DNA of 64,000 nucleotides. Origin: Podarcis vaucheri (taxonomy: Eukaryota). Of this stretch, positions 1-12,849 are shown in pieces. The stretch lies in NCBI GenBank assembly GCA_965113315.1, contig OZ220370.1; one strand, given 5' to 3'. A program made the translations under genes and the position numbers. Below the pieces are notes generated by a model that saw only the letters and a program-made list of their open reading frames with translations, was not told the DNA's origin and made no database searches. Position 1 is the stretch's first letter. The number at the start of each line of letters is the position of its first letter.

Positions 1-193
1 GAAGGGGAAGTCAGTTCCATCAGCTGGTGCAAAGTTGATAGCATTCCACAAGTTGTGAGTAGGTTAGAAGGCCTGACTATTTGTGCCCAAAAGATGGATC
101 CAATATTCCTTAATTATTCTGTCAGATTGTATCTACTTGAATAGATGAGCAGTCATTTGCCAGGAGGGATGCATTTGATTGAAAAAGAATTAT

Positions 194-246
194 TTGCATT
201 CAGTTCCTTGCTTTTCCTTGCATTCAGTTCCTTGCTTTTCCTTGCA
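194..246. repeat. 24-bp tandem duplication TTGCATTCAGTTCCTTGCTTTTCC
   Basis: Two exact copies (194-217, 218-241) plus a partial third. Confidence 0.9.
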
Positions 247-1229
247 GGTCTGCAGCTTTCTCCTACTCTCAAGGATACATATGAGATTGTAAAAGTCAAG
301 TTTATAACAGTGTAAGGGAAGCTTCCTTTCCCAGATAGTGTCACTAAAAGTCCTCTGTACTCTTGTTCTCTCAAAATGTTCCTCTGCCATCACTCACTTT
401 TAGATGTGGGTTATAAGTGAAGTAAAAAAGAGAAATACTGTCAAAGTACTAGCTTTCCATTCTGTCAGCAATTAATTTATAGCTCAACACTGAGCCCTGT
501 TTTGAGACCAATTCAGAATTGCCAACCTCCTTGCAGATATAAGTTCTTTGTTTATGTGTTGTTAGTACCTTCTTAAAAACCCCACTGACCTTTCTGTTCT
601 ATCTTAATATAACTTCCAAGTCTCATGATCTGGAGACATAATCATGTTCGGACATATTTGTGGAGTAGAAACAAGGTTGCCTGATCTATAGGCCCTTTTT
701 AGATCAACTGTACATAGGTGTGGAGACATGATAACTATAAAGGTGATTATAAACTACATTACTGAAGATCTCCCATGCTTTTGAGTGATGCAAAACACAT
801 TACTGGACTGTGCTGAAAGAGCAGACCAGACTACCGTACTTATACCATAGAAGGAAATTGCTTGTTGCAACTTTATCTGGAATATGGGTGTTTATTTAAC
901 ATTTGCCAAACTTTTGTAATCTTAGTAATTGGCTACTGTAACGTGTTCCATTGATTACTAATGCTCAGAACCTTCAGGTAGCATAAGATACAGGCTCCCA
1001 CTGACTATCAAGCATGGGATGTGGAGAGCATGTCCAACTGTGGTAGCTGCACCAGCTGCAAGAAAGATTCTAAGTCAGGGGCCTTGCATATTTGAGGCAT
1101 CTTTCTCTAGATATTCACCAGCTGAAATCTATGGAGGAGGTTCTGCTTAAGATTCCTTTATTAAGTATTCAAAATGGGGATCTTGGGGACAGGTTCCACC
1201 CAACTGATTGGTGGAACTGATGGGAAGCG

Positions 1230-2370
1230 TTATTAAAATGGAATTACCAAGCATATAGAACAACAAGTCTTGCTGAAGCAGAACCAGTGTAGCTTCCAAG
1301 AGAATATATCCTTCCTGACTAACCCTTTAGAGTTATTTGACAGTATCAATAAGCATATGGATAGGGGTGATCCATTCCAACAATGTATAGTATACAGTAC
1401 TTAGATTTTCAATTTTTTTTTAATAAAGTCTCAGTTCTCACAATAGAGGGATTTAAGAAGTGGGGTTCCCCAACTATATGTATTGGGACCTGTGCTTTTT
1501 ACTTGCACACGAATGACCTTAAATTAGAGGTGAGCAATGACGGAACCATGTTTGCTGATGACACTTGGATAAAAAAAAAGGGAATTTCAAGGAGCTCCAA
1601 AAGGAGCTCCCCAAAATGGATGAATGGGCATTAAATGACAAATGTGGTTCAATGAATGCAAGTGTAAAGTGATGCACAGTTGGACAAATAATACTAACTT
1701 CACCTATGCAATGATGGGGTTTGAACAGGTGGTGACTGGGGTTGTAGTGGATAGCTCAATGAAGATGTCGGCCCAGCAAGTGGCAGCTGTGAAAAAGGCC
1801 TAATTCTATGCCAAGGATCATTAGGCAAGGGGTTGAAAATAAATGCCAATATCGTAATGCCATCATATGAACGTATGGTGAGACTATACTTGGAATACTG
1901 TATACAGTTCTGGCCACAATATCTCAAAAAGGATATTGTAGAGCTGGCATAGGCTCAGAAGAGGGCAAGCAAAATAATCAAGGGAGTGGAGGAATTCTCA
2001 TTCAAGGAAAGGTTACATCTGGAGCTTTTTAGTTTAGGGGAGAAATATGAATAAGGAGCAGAGACAGGACAGCTATATATAAAAATATTCATAATGTGGA
2101 GAAAGTGGATGGAGCAAAGTCTCTCTCCCTTTCTCATAAAGCTAGAATGAAGCTGGGTGTTGGGAGATTCACAACAGCAAAAGGAAATACTTCTTTAACA
2201 ATGTAATTTGCTGCCACAAGATTAGGGAATTAAACAAATTCATGGAGGATATCAATGACTACTAGCTATGATGGCTATATACTGCTATCAATATTGGAGG
2301 CAACATGCCTCTGAATACCAGTTACTGATAATCACCAGTGCAATGAGTGCTGTTGTGCCAGGGCTTGCCT
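1230..2370 (+). mobile_element. Degenerate CR1 LINE, 3' part (RT remnant and 3' UTR)
   Basis: It carries an RT motif remnant (NDLKLEVS...MFADDT) and the CR1-typical LEYCIQFW segment. It is homologous to 44560-46640 and has many frameshifts. Boundaries are approximate. Confidence 0.85.
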
Positions 2371-3536
2371 ACCTATGAAGCATGGTGAGCCAGTCATCTC
2401 AGGTGGCAGATCTGGGCCTGGGGAGAAATCAACCTCTTTGTATTTTAAGCCACTAATGTGTATGGAGCCTTAGTCTGCTAAGAATATCTCCTGCTCCATG
2501 CAGCTTCAGTTTGCCTGCTAAAGAGCCAGGCATTTGGGGAAGAGGGAAGGCAGAGCCTTGATGGGCCAGATGCAACTGTGAATTAAGATTATATTAGGGC
2601 TGATGAATTCTAATAAGATTTTGAATATATGAATGGCTTATGGGATTCACAATTATTTGGTAATTTGTTCATTTTAAAAAAGGAGTGAAAAGCTGCCCAG
2701 GTCAGTTGTATTGCTTTAAGTGGGTAGTTCTTAATTTAGTTTCAAATTGTCTAATGCCACATTTTGGACTCCCATACTGTTTTTGCTTCACTTGTATTAA
2801 TTGCTAATCATTAAATCAGATGTATGAAGTATGTGATTGAGGGGAAATATAATTTTCTGGTTAGGTTAGAGCCATGCATGATCTGAATTCTATCTTCCTG
2901 TAAGCCCAATTGCACTCGGTCAAGCTGCCAGTTTTAACTTACCTTGTCTTCCAGCTTTTACTTGCTTGGCTTGATTAATAGTTCAAATATATATGCATTT
3001 ATTCAATTAATATTCATTCTAACTGGGCATTCTAGAAAGCATGGATTCCCCCCCCCCCAGAAAATGTGATGTTTTTCACTGCTTTCCTGCTATGTAAGGA
3101 AGATGGTTCATCTTCATTGAAAATAGACAATATAAAGTTTCAAAACTACTTAATAATGTGAAAATGAATTAAAAAAAATCAAGGCTAACATTTAATTTTA
3201 TCCCAGAATAAATCTTTAGGTAAGCTGAATATTCGTGGACTGAACACATCTCTTTCTTTCCTCTTTCCTAGCCACACTGGTTGGACAGCTTAAATACTGC
3301 TTTTCTCCCCCCGATCACTAACATTATTTTTCTGATCCTTTCTTGTTCAAATGAATATTTTGTTCCTTTTGGTGTTTCTTGTGTTTTCTTTTTCCCATTG
3401 ACTGAGTATGCGCTGCAGGTTTCTTTCTCAAACAATTGTGGCCCTTTCCCTCAGTGTCAGTTTTTCCTTCTGAGTACATCCTCTCACGTCCATCTTCTTT
3501 GTGTCTCTGTCTGTCCATTACACAACGTGATAACAG

Positions 3537-3569
3537 AAGAAGTGGACTCATCAAGGAGAAGAAACCCAG
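3537..3569 (+). CDS. RIMS2: RIMS2 33-nt symmetric (phase 1-1) microexon, x-EVDSSRRRNP-G
   Basis: A pyrimidine tract is followed by AACAG|AAGAAGTGGACTCATCAAGGAGAAGAAACCCAG|GTCTGT. The translation resembles recalled rodent RIM2 MITEDMDSTRKRNSGAMD and joins in frame (G+GT) to the GAMDVEER exon at 24842. Confidence 0.8.
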
Positions 3570-4584
3570 GTCTGTCTCTTCTATTGGTTTTCTCTGTTCT
3601 ACTTTCCTTCTAATTTGTCCTGTGATTTTTGCCATTACATTTCTCACATTTCTCTCATGTATGTCTACATACATAACTTTCTTTCTTTCCCTTATTTTGT
3701 CATCGCTAGAAAAGAATGAAACCTTAGGTGTTTGCTATTTGATTAATTATTTTGGGTAGGGTACAAAATCTACTGAAAATTAAAGCAGGCATTTTCATGA
3801 TGTATTACATTAACAATGTGGGGAGAAAACATTTTCATTTGTATTTATTTGTAGCTGGTTGTCACTATATTCTGTTTATTTAGATTTTAGGTAATCCTAA
3901 CAGTTACAACTTATCCAAAAGATTTATGTGTAAATTGTTAGCTATAGGACAATTTGTTAATTAAAATATTCTCTAGCCATAGTGAAGAGGGTCATTGGCC
4001 ACAAAACTAAGTTGAACAAGATCTAAGTACTTCAAATAGCAGCCACTGGCTAAGGAAATTAGAAGAAGAAAAGCTGATGTAAAAAGGATTAAAGGTTCAA
4101 AGAAGCCCAGTTCCTCCTTATGTGTTTTCCAGTACGGGAATAGTAGGAAAGTAAAGTGGTTATACATGCCCATTATTAATCTGAATTATGCCATAACAGA
4201 ATAAAGGGCAACTCTGTGTGCACATGGATAGAATTCAGAGGAACAGATCTGTTAGAGGGCAGTATGATACTTCCATGTCTGAACATGCTACCCTTGTAAC
4301 AAGCTTCAGCATATGATAAAACTTGCACAAAGCATTTAGTGCAAGGCAAGGTGCCTCCGAACATCTCATTAAATAATATACCATTTCACCTTTTGTAGAA
4401 GTTTAATTTCCCACACATGGTGCTATTCCTGCTTCTACCAAAGTGGCATGGTTCACATTTGCACCTTTGTTTGTTTATTTATTAAACTTATACTGCTTGA
4501 TCATAAAAAACTTCAAAGTGGTTTACAGAAATTATAAAACAATAAAATTATTAGTATAAACAATTAAACCATTAAACACTTCTT

Positions 4585-4680
4585 AATAGCTCTGCTGGTA
4601 AATAGATTAAGATTCTTAATCTCTGGGTTGTGGGTTTGGGCCCCATGTTGGGCTAAAGATTCCTGCATTCTTATGGGTTA
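4585..4680 (+). mobile_element. Degenerate tRNA-derived SINE head
   Basis: Weak A/B-box-like tRNA-Lys-type sequence (TAGCTC...CTTAATCTC...GGGTTGTGGGTTTG...CCCCATGTTGGGC) followed by AAAGATTCCTGCATT. Confidence 0.45.
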
Positions 4681-7600
4681 AAAAGCCACTACTTTTTCAT
4701 TGTACAATATTGGTCTTTTATACTGGCTGGCATGCTTTGTTCAAATAGAAGATGTTGGGAGATTGCTTTCTAGGACGCCGTACCTGAAATGATCCATTCT
4801 TGTTTGTTCCGTGGCTGCTGTTGTTTTTTGTAGCCAGAAGTGGGGAACACTGATGCAGCTGCTAGTTTTCCTTCCCAGTTCAACAGCAGCTCTCAGATCT
4901 GGGGAGCTTCTCTAGGTGGGCAGGTTGAGGGAGAGGGAAAGCTGCTGAATGTCCCTCAGCATCTCTGATGCCTTGGTCAACTTTTCCAGGAGGGCAGTGG
5001 GTACCGCCAACCCGCTGTCCTGTTTCCTGGCCTTCTGAGTCCTTGAAGTGGTGGGGTGTGGGACTGTTGGCGTCAGAAGCAGCAGCTGCTGTGGTCAAAA
5101 GGCAGGTGCTCTCACCAGATCATGCAGTCTCTTATGTAGGTGGAGGAGACATGCTCTCTGTGGGCTCCTGGCGGGACCTCACCTGACCAAGCTACCTGCA
5201 GCATCCCTGGCTTCCTGGTGCAGCACAGGTGCCAGGTTTGCTTTAAGCATCCTGAGCCACACATAGAAATGAAAAACTTAGCCCATCCTCTCCTTCCTAG
5301 AGTTGTGTCCCCTTATTCCTTAGATTTTTTGTTCGATTTCTCTTCCATTTCAAAACATTTACATAGTTCAAAGACCTTGACATGACCCTAACGCTAGTAT
5401 GTTTTGGATACTTCATTTACAATTAAGTGGTGTACAAATTCTGTTAAAGGAAAATAAAATAGTATGATTGATAGCTCTTGGTGGACTTTAACTTCCCATG
5501 ATTTATAAATAAATGAAGCAATTCTATTCACAAGAAGCTGGCATGAAGCAAGCCAGTATAATTTAAGCTGGTCTAAAGATATGCCTGACCCAAACTCCAT
5601 TCAGCAGTGGGGCTGCTTCTGCTGCTCTGCCTAAGCCTGGCAAAGAGGAAACAAGCATTTAAAATACTGTTCCATGCTGGGTTACCAATTCACATGACCA
5701 AGCTGAGTGGGCTTAGGAAACAACCTAAGCCCATCCTTTCTTGTTGTGCCCCCACCACACTACCAAAACACCCCTTTTGGGGGGACTTACACCAGTTTCG
5801 TCTCATTTAGGTTTGGTTCAGCCAGTTGAGCTAGGATGAGCAAATTACACTGGTGTATCTGCAGCTGAGCTGTGACTGGACACTTAATGCCACCTGAACC
5901 AGGAAGCAGCTGGCTGAACCAGAGATCTGCTTCATCCTAAGCTGTTTAGCCTGGAGGATCTTGTGTTGGATTGCCCCCATAGTGGCTAACTGGTTGCACA
6001 TCATCTGAATTCAGTATGCTATCTGGCTTCTACCGGTTTTATCCAATTTTTATCAAGGTTTGGTATAAACTTTGCCCGCAGTTTCTCTCCTAATGAAACA
6101 TCAAAGTATATCCAAAGGTTTGTCAGATTCCTGCTTTAATGCTGCATCTTTATTTTAGTGGTGTGTGGTACCTTGGTACTTACTTATGTTCTTCCATTGT
6201 TAGATGTTGTGGACTTTATTACAGAGCCTCTTCATTCATGAATACTCTTCTCACTACTCTTGAATTGTTCCGTGTCTGGTCTATAGCCCCGTTACATTAT
6301 CCTACCTCAACTGCGCACATAAGAATATATCATTTATTAGGGTGACATACTTTTTGCGCTGTTATTTTAAGGAAGTATGAACAGTTACCCCATTCTCTTT
6401 CTTGCAGCACAGTAGCTGAGAAGCAGAAACACTGACATACATACCCCTCCTAAACATTTGTGGTACTGTATCAACAGTGCTGATGTTTAATTATGGTCTG
6501 GGGTGTGGTAGCATAGCAGTTGGAAAATACAGCTTGCTTGGTGGCGAAGTGCTTTAGGTTCAAGACAGTTTTTTACTGTCTTCTTCAAATTCAGTAAGTT
6601 GGTTACGTAACCCAAACAAACTTTGTTTCTCCGAAATATATCAAAGTGTATGGACTACTCAAAACATGTTGTGTTTTAAATTCTTCATATGAATAGGTTT
6701 CATGGGTCAGGTTGTGATTTTTCTTACTCAAAATCTGTATTTCTGATTTGGAAATCTTACACCTCTATGTGGGATTAATTGGATGAGAAATTGTGCTTAG
6801 GAAATGTCAGAAACTATCTTTAATGCTAACAAAGCTTCCCCCCCCCCCAGCAGCATCTGTTTGTTTTAATTCACCTATCATCGCCTCATCTTGTTTCCAT
6901 TTTTCTAAAAGCAAAAGCTTCAAACACAGATCTAGTCTAAGACAGATCAGTCTTCTTCAGCCTGAGGCCCATGTTCCCTCATGGGCAACCTTCTGGGGGG
7001 GGGGTAACATGCCAGTGGAAGAGCCAAAGGGTGGTGTATATGACTCCTACCTTTGTACAGTAGGCAGCAATCCACACACACATAAACACACACACCACCT
7101 CCAGTGACACAGGCAAGAGGCATTATTACAGGTCAAAGCAAAAGCACTCAAGAAGGGATCAGAGGATGGCTAGTGAGGGGTGAGGCATGGTGAGACATTA
7201 AGTCATTTTAATGTGGGGAGGGTTGTCTGACTATTCAGCATTGAATGAATAATATGTACTACATTTTCAGAATGCTTTGGCATTCAACAGTAAAGCTTCT
7301 TGCAGCACATGCAGATTATAAATTACAGCAATGTCGTTCTGAAAGTCACTGTAAAAGATAAACCCCTCATATATACTTGGTTAGTGCAGCTTATTCACCA
7401 GCATCATGGTTAATTACCTTATTAGTTGAACTGTATCAGGAAGCATTGCCTGTGTCTTAAATTGTACATGCAAATTTAATTCTGTCAGCTCGTAATGTCT
7501 TGAGTGTTTGATGGGTGACCCTGATCTGCAACTCTGAGCACTGTCTGTCCTGTGCACTGAATGAGGTAGTGTCTGCTAGAAAAATAGTCATAGTCTGCTT

Positions 7601-7911
7601 TCCAAATAGAAACTGCCTCATTGAATTTTATGCACAGGGAATAGATAAAGACAGGGTATTGAGTAGTGATGTTTTATGTAAGGATCACTGAAGATAAGGG
7701 GGAGATTATTGTGAGGAAGCACCACAGTGATCTGTGTTAAAGTATATGTAAGGTTTGAAAGTCATATACAAGAACTCACAACTTGTTAATACAGCTGCAA
7801 TTTTCTGGATATTTATTCATGACAAATAACGCACATTACAATCTCCATTTCACATGAGTTACATTGAAAGGTGGGGAAAATATGGCACTTTTTAACCACC
7901 TTGCTTGTAAG

Positions 7912-8495
7912 AATAATAATAATAATAGTAAATTTTATTTGTACCTCGCCCTTCCCAGCCGTAGCCAGGCTCAGAGCGACTAACATCATACAAATAACAG
8001 GCATCAATTAATTAAAATACATCTTAACATTAATTCAGACAAATTAAAATCTGGACAAATGACAGTTATCAGGTTAAGATTGAGAACGGTTAATACTTGC
8101 CAGGACCAACTGTTTTCACTGATCATATAAGGACCTGCGCACAGGCTGGGAGGCCTCCTTCATGTTTGTTCTTATACAAAGGAAAATAGGTCACACTGCC
8201 CCCTGGCCAAAGGCCTGGCGGAACTGCTCTGTCTTGCAGGCCCTGCGGAAAGATGTCAAATCCCGCAGGGACCTAGTCTCTTGTGGGAGAGCGTTCCACC
8301 AGGCCGGGGCCACAGCTGAAAAGGCCCTGACTCTGGTCGAGGCCAGTCTAATTTCCCTGGGGCCTGGGATCTTCAGAGTGTTGTTGTTTGCAGACCGTAA
8401 GGTCCTCCATAGGGCATACCAGAGGAGACGGTCCCATAGGTACGAGGGTCCTAGGCCGTATAGGGCTTTGAAGGTTAAAACCAGCACCTTAAGCA
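7912..8495 (-). mobile_element. L2-clade LINE 3' fragment
   Basis: ORF 8191-8517 has L2 C-terminal motifs (KVLVLTFKALYGLGPSYL, RAFSAVAPAWWNALP, FRRACKT). A (TTA)n-type tail lies near 7912-7926. Confidence 0.85.
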
Positions 8496-9560
8496 ATATA
8501 TTATCTTCATTAAGCAATTTTGAGTATTTATTAGAAGATTGTGGTTTGAGTGTTAGGCTGCAGTCCTATACAAATTTACCAGGGAGTAAGCCTCATTAAA
8601 TGCAGTGGAGCTTACTTCAGAGTAGACATGCATAGGACTGTGTTTCAGAGAACTTTGTAAGGTTTGTGCCCTATGTTCTGGTGACTTTGAAGGGTTCTGA
8701 TTATTTCATTGCATGCTGACCTTAGCAGCAAGCCTCAGCAAAACTCAATACTTCCTAAAAGACAGACACAAAATGTAGATGGATTTCATGAAGGAAGTAA
8801 AAACCTGTCTTTAATCAGCTTCAAAGTTAAGGGGGGGGGGAATAGTGAATCGCTATAATATGAGTCAAATCGGGCAATTTCAAAGTTGTAATTTACTGTT
8901 TTAGGGATGAATAAATCTAGGAAATACACAGAGAAAAAGAGAGAGAGAGAGATAGCCAGTTCTTTGAGCATGCTTAAATTAACATTAACAGTATAAAATA
9001 AATTAAAACATTCAAATACATTATATAAGGATCACTGAAGATAAGGGGAAGATTATTGTGGGGAATACTTGAATCTACTTGATTCAATACTACTTGAATC
9101 TAGTATAAAATACCTTCATTTTTCCTTTGGGCAATAGAAGGAAAATGTGAATACAACTATTACGATAAAATTATTTCCATATTATTATTATTTATTAGAA
9201 TTTATATACTGCCCTATAACCGGGGGTCTCAGGGTGGATCACATAATAAATATATCTGAATATAACACTAAAACCATATTAAGTTTCCCCCAATGCATAT
9301 GTTTCATTTCAAATATTTTTGGCTATTGGAAATTTTTTTGAGATATTTATACAGCATGTAAAGTTAGCATGGCAAACATAATCAGTTTTGTTTACTAAAT
9401 ATATGTCAACAAAATACAGGTGGTGCCATAAAGTTTTCATTGTAATTATTTGTATGTTTTAAACAGACTTTATATTTGTGTATATATTTTTGATACTATT
9501 ACTGCTTATTTTTTAATCATTGTTTTTTCTAAGTTTTTAGTGATTCTTGTTTTTTCCTGT

Positions 9561-9620
9561 AAGTAGTAGTAGTAGTAGCGTAAGTAATAGTAGTAGTAGT
9601 AGTAGTAGTAATTAATAATA
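9561..9620. repeat. (TAG)n/(TAA)n microsatellite
   Basis: Direct reading of the sequence. Confidence 0.9.
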
Positions 9621-9777
9621 ATGCTAAAAGAAACCCCAATCAACATTTCCCCATTTTTCTTGATTTTAATTGTTTTACCTTTATGTAAACTGCTTTGAGG
9701 AATTTTACAGTTAAGAGGTGTATGCATTTTATGAAATAAATAAATAAATTGTGACCCACCTCATGTGTGTGAATAAA

Positions 9778-10010
9778 AGTATAGTGGTTAGTTAGAGTGT
9801 CAGACTAGGACCTGGGAGATCAGGGTTCAAATCTCTACCTGACCATGAAGCTCACTGTATGATGATGGGCCACTGTGTGCCTCTTCGCCTAACTTACCCC
9901 ACTGGCTCATTGGGAAGCTAAAATGGGGAGGAAGCAGAGATCCATGTACACCACATGGAGCTCCTTGGAGATGAAGGTGGGAAATGAATGAATGAATGAA
10001 TGAATGAATG
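9778..10010 (+). mobile_element. tRNA-derived SINE with (GAAT)n tail
   Basis: A box TAGTGGTTAG, B box GGTTCAAATC, a body resembling squamate SINE2 elements, and a GAAT tail. Confidence 0.7.
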
Positions 10011-10060
10011 TAGCAGCCACATTCTTTCAGTAGTACTTCTCCTGCCAGAGTTTATTTGTA

Positions 10061-10301
10061 CAGTGGTACCTTGGTGATCAAACGTAATCCGTTCTGGAAG
10101 TCTGTTCGACTTCTGAAACGTTAGAAAACCAAGGCGCAGCTTCTGATTGGCTCAGGCACCCCAGAAACAATAGCTGACAGCTGCATCGGACGTTCGACTT
10201 CCGAAAAACATTCAAAAATCGGAGCACTTCCCTGCAGGTTTTCGGCGTTTGGGAGCCTATTTGTTCTTCAAGTAAGTCATTCAAGAACTAAGGTTCCACT
10301 G
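10061..10301. mobile_element. Tc1/mariner-pogo (Tigger-like) MITE
   Basis: TIRs CAGTGGTACCTT / AAGGTTCCACTG flanked by TA dinucleotides. Confidence 0.85.
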
Positions 10302-10642
10302 TAGTTACTTCCAGGCAGGGATGTTAAATTGCAAGTGGATGATTCTGATCCAATTTTTTCTGTGGGCATGTTTGGCATGGTAGCTTCCATGCATTCTTGG
10401 TTATTTTTCAGTCACGGATGTTCTGCTGCTTGCAATAAACCCCATGGGTGGAGCTTGATGGAATGAATGCAGAGGGCTTTGTTTCTACCTTTTTGTACCT
10501 GTGCACTTTTTAAATAACAACAAAAATGTTAAGGGGTGCAAAGAAGACAAGAGCAAATGTTACTAGCCTTAGTTACCATGTTTCATATGGGCATTCATTT
10601 CCATTGGTAGTTGCTTTACTATTATTCTTACTACTACTAATA

Positions 10643-10775
10643 CAGTGGACGCTCGGGTTGCAAACGTGATCCGTGCGGGATGCACATTCGCAACCTGCAG
10701 CGGTACTTCTGGGTTTTGGTGGTTCGCAACCCGAAAAAACGCAATCTTAACCATCTGTAACCCGAGGTATGACTA
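10643..10775. mobile_element. Short Tigger-like MITE
   Basis: TA|CAGTGGACGCTCGGGTTGC ... GTAACCCGAGGTATGACTA|TA, with imperfect TIRs. Confidence 0.75.
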
Positions 10776-10783
10776 TAATAATA

Positions 10784-11017
10784 CAGTGGTACCTCAGGTT
10801 AAGAACTTAATTCATTCTGGAGGTCTGTTCTTAACTCGAAACTGTTCTTAACCTGAGGTATGACTTTAGCTAATGCGGCCTCCTGCTGCCGCTGCTGTGC
10901 GATTTCTGTTCTCATCCTGAAGTTAAGTTCTTAACCCAAGGTACTATTTCTGGATTAGCGGACTCTGTAACCTGAAATGTCTGTAACCTGAAGCATCTGT
11001 AACCCGAGGTACCACTG
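10784..11017. mobile_element. Tigger-like MITE
   Basis: TA|CAGTGGTACCTCAGGTTA ... TAACCCGAGGTACCACTG|TA. Confidence 0.88.
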
Positions 11018-11969
11018 TACTGAATGTTATTTTCTGACTAAGGCTTGTACAATGAAGTGTCCTATGGAACCCTGATAAATTAAGGTTTCTAAAGTTTTCC
11101 TCTGTCATCTTCTGTTGCAGATTGTCTGCTATAAAAACGTGCTTATGAGATGTTTATTGTCATCTACTTGGCCAGAGTAAAGTGAGAACCTAATAAAACT
11201 CTGGCACTTACTTACATTTCTTTTCTTTTCAGTGAACTGTAAGGGGATACTGTGTGCCTAGTAGTAGCATGTCTTCCCAAAGCTTTTGAAAAAAAAGCCT
11301 ACAAGTGTATAATCATCAGTTAATATTAACCCCCACATACTGCTCCTGCCCCCCAGTTTGGTTTTGCAATTGAGCGCTAGGAATGGTTTTGCTACCTAAG
11401 CATATGCCAAGACACTTAGATCTGTTCTGCCTCAAAACCCCTTTTCAAAAACATAGAACCCTTCACCCTTTCATCATGACTGAATCTTAACATAATGAGT
11501 TCAAGCAATGTGCTTAAAGCAAAAATCCTATATCCATTATTGGTTAGGAGCTCTGTCTTTTAGCAGATGCTGTGTCTCTAAACAGCTTTTAGCCTAAACA
11601 AAATGGCAAGGCCAACAGCAGATTTAAGCCGTATCTTCATCAACATCATCATTTTTTTAAAAAAGCTTTGGATCTTAATCTAACCTCAGTCATCAAGCCT
11701 TGAAATGACTGAGCATCAAAGGCTTCTAACGTTGCAGTAAGCAAGACTTTCCTGCCTAGAAACCATAATAGAAACTCATAGAGAAAACTAACCAAAAATA
11801 ATTTTGCCAAATGGGATTCAGGAATACTGTGTGGCATAGATTTATATTCAGCGATCACTGTCAATGGAAATGAAATCGGTGTCAGGCAAGTGTCTCTAGT
11901 GATTTCCACAGACAGGGTGCTGCAGCTGAAAATGCCCTCCCTCTGCTTGCCATTCACCTCACCTCCAAT

Positions 11970-12830
11970 GTCTTGGGCACTTAGAGAGGAGCATGAACAT
12001 ATTGTTGTAGGGCAGAGGAAAATGATATGGAAGTTGGTACCTTGAAGTACCTGGGTTCTAAGCTATGTAGGACTTTATGTATAAGCACAAACACATTGGT
12101 GTGTGCATAGAAACAGGCAGAGAGCTCTTTGAACACCAGCAAGTTGTGTTCTTGGTAATCATTCCCAGTTAAAACTAGCAGCTGCTTTCTGTTCTGTGTC
12201 ATTTTCTGAGCCATCTTGAAAGGCAGTCCCATTTGCAACACATTACAGTAGCCAAGGAAGTGGATGCCAACAGCAAGACAATCTCTGTCCAAGGAAAGTT
12301 GCAATTAATGCACCAGCCTAAGTTGGTGAATGTGCCCTGCCACTGAGCTCACTCGGGAGTTTACAGACAAATCTAGATCTAAAAGTACTTCCAAATTGCA
12401 ACCCCATCCAAAACACAATGGCAAATCATCTTCCCAAATAACCTTGATTGTCTCAGGCTTGAACCCACAATACTGAATGCTCAGCTCCTGGTGGATACAA
12501 GCCATGCACCTGAACCATTGGGGACTAACAGCAAAAACCTCAGGGATCAGGCAGGAATATAAGGGATATATTCCTTGATATATCCTGGACCCAGCCTGAG
12601 GAGTATTTACTAAATGAGTAATGTCCAATCCATCACTTATTTGTGGCAAAGTGAGCTGGTTTCATTCCACTGCTGCTCCATTTCCCGCTGTCCCGCTGTT
12701 TCCTATGGCAGCATTATATTGTTGCACACCACCCCAATCTCTGAGCAGTGTGAAATTCCAGAGGTTCCAGGTGCTTCACCTGTGTTCAGTTTCCTCAGAA
12801 TGAGCAACGACAGAGACTCTGGGATATGGC
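11970..12830 (-). mobile_element. Old L2-clade LINE RT/C-terminal fragment
   Basis: Degenerate L2 motifs (GYCNVLQMGLPFKMAQKM, VLIHKVLHSLEPRY, LDLDLSVNSRVSSVA) appear in minus-strand ORFs. Confidence 0.7.
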
Positions 12831-12849
12831 TTATTTACACATTGAAGAT

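Noticed and set aside
3324-3710. Minus-strand Lys/Arg/Glu-rich ORF (116 aa) with an apparent acceptor, suggesting a nested antisense gene
   Set aside because: It is the complement of the CU-rich flanks of the + strand RIMS2 microexon. The composition explains the open frame, and there is no recognisable domain or partner exon.
4880-5270. GC-richer block with several overlapping short ORFs
   Set aside because: No recognisable protein motif or RIM2 similarity. It is probably a decayed repeat that I cannot classify.
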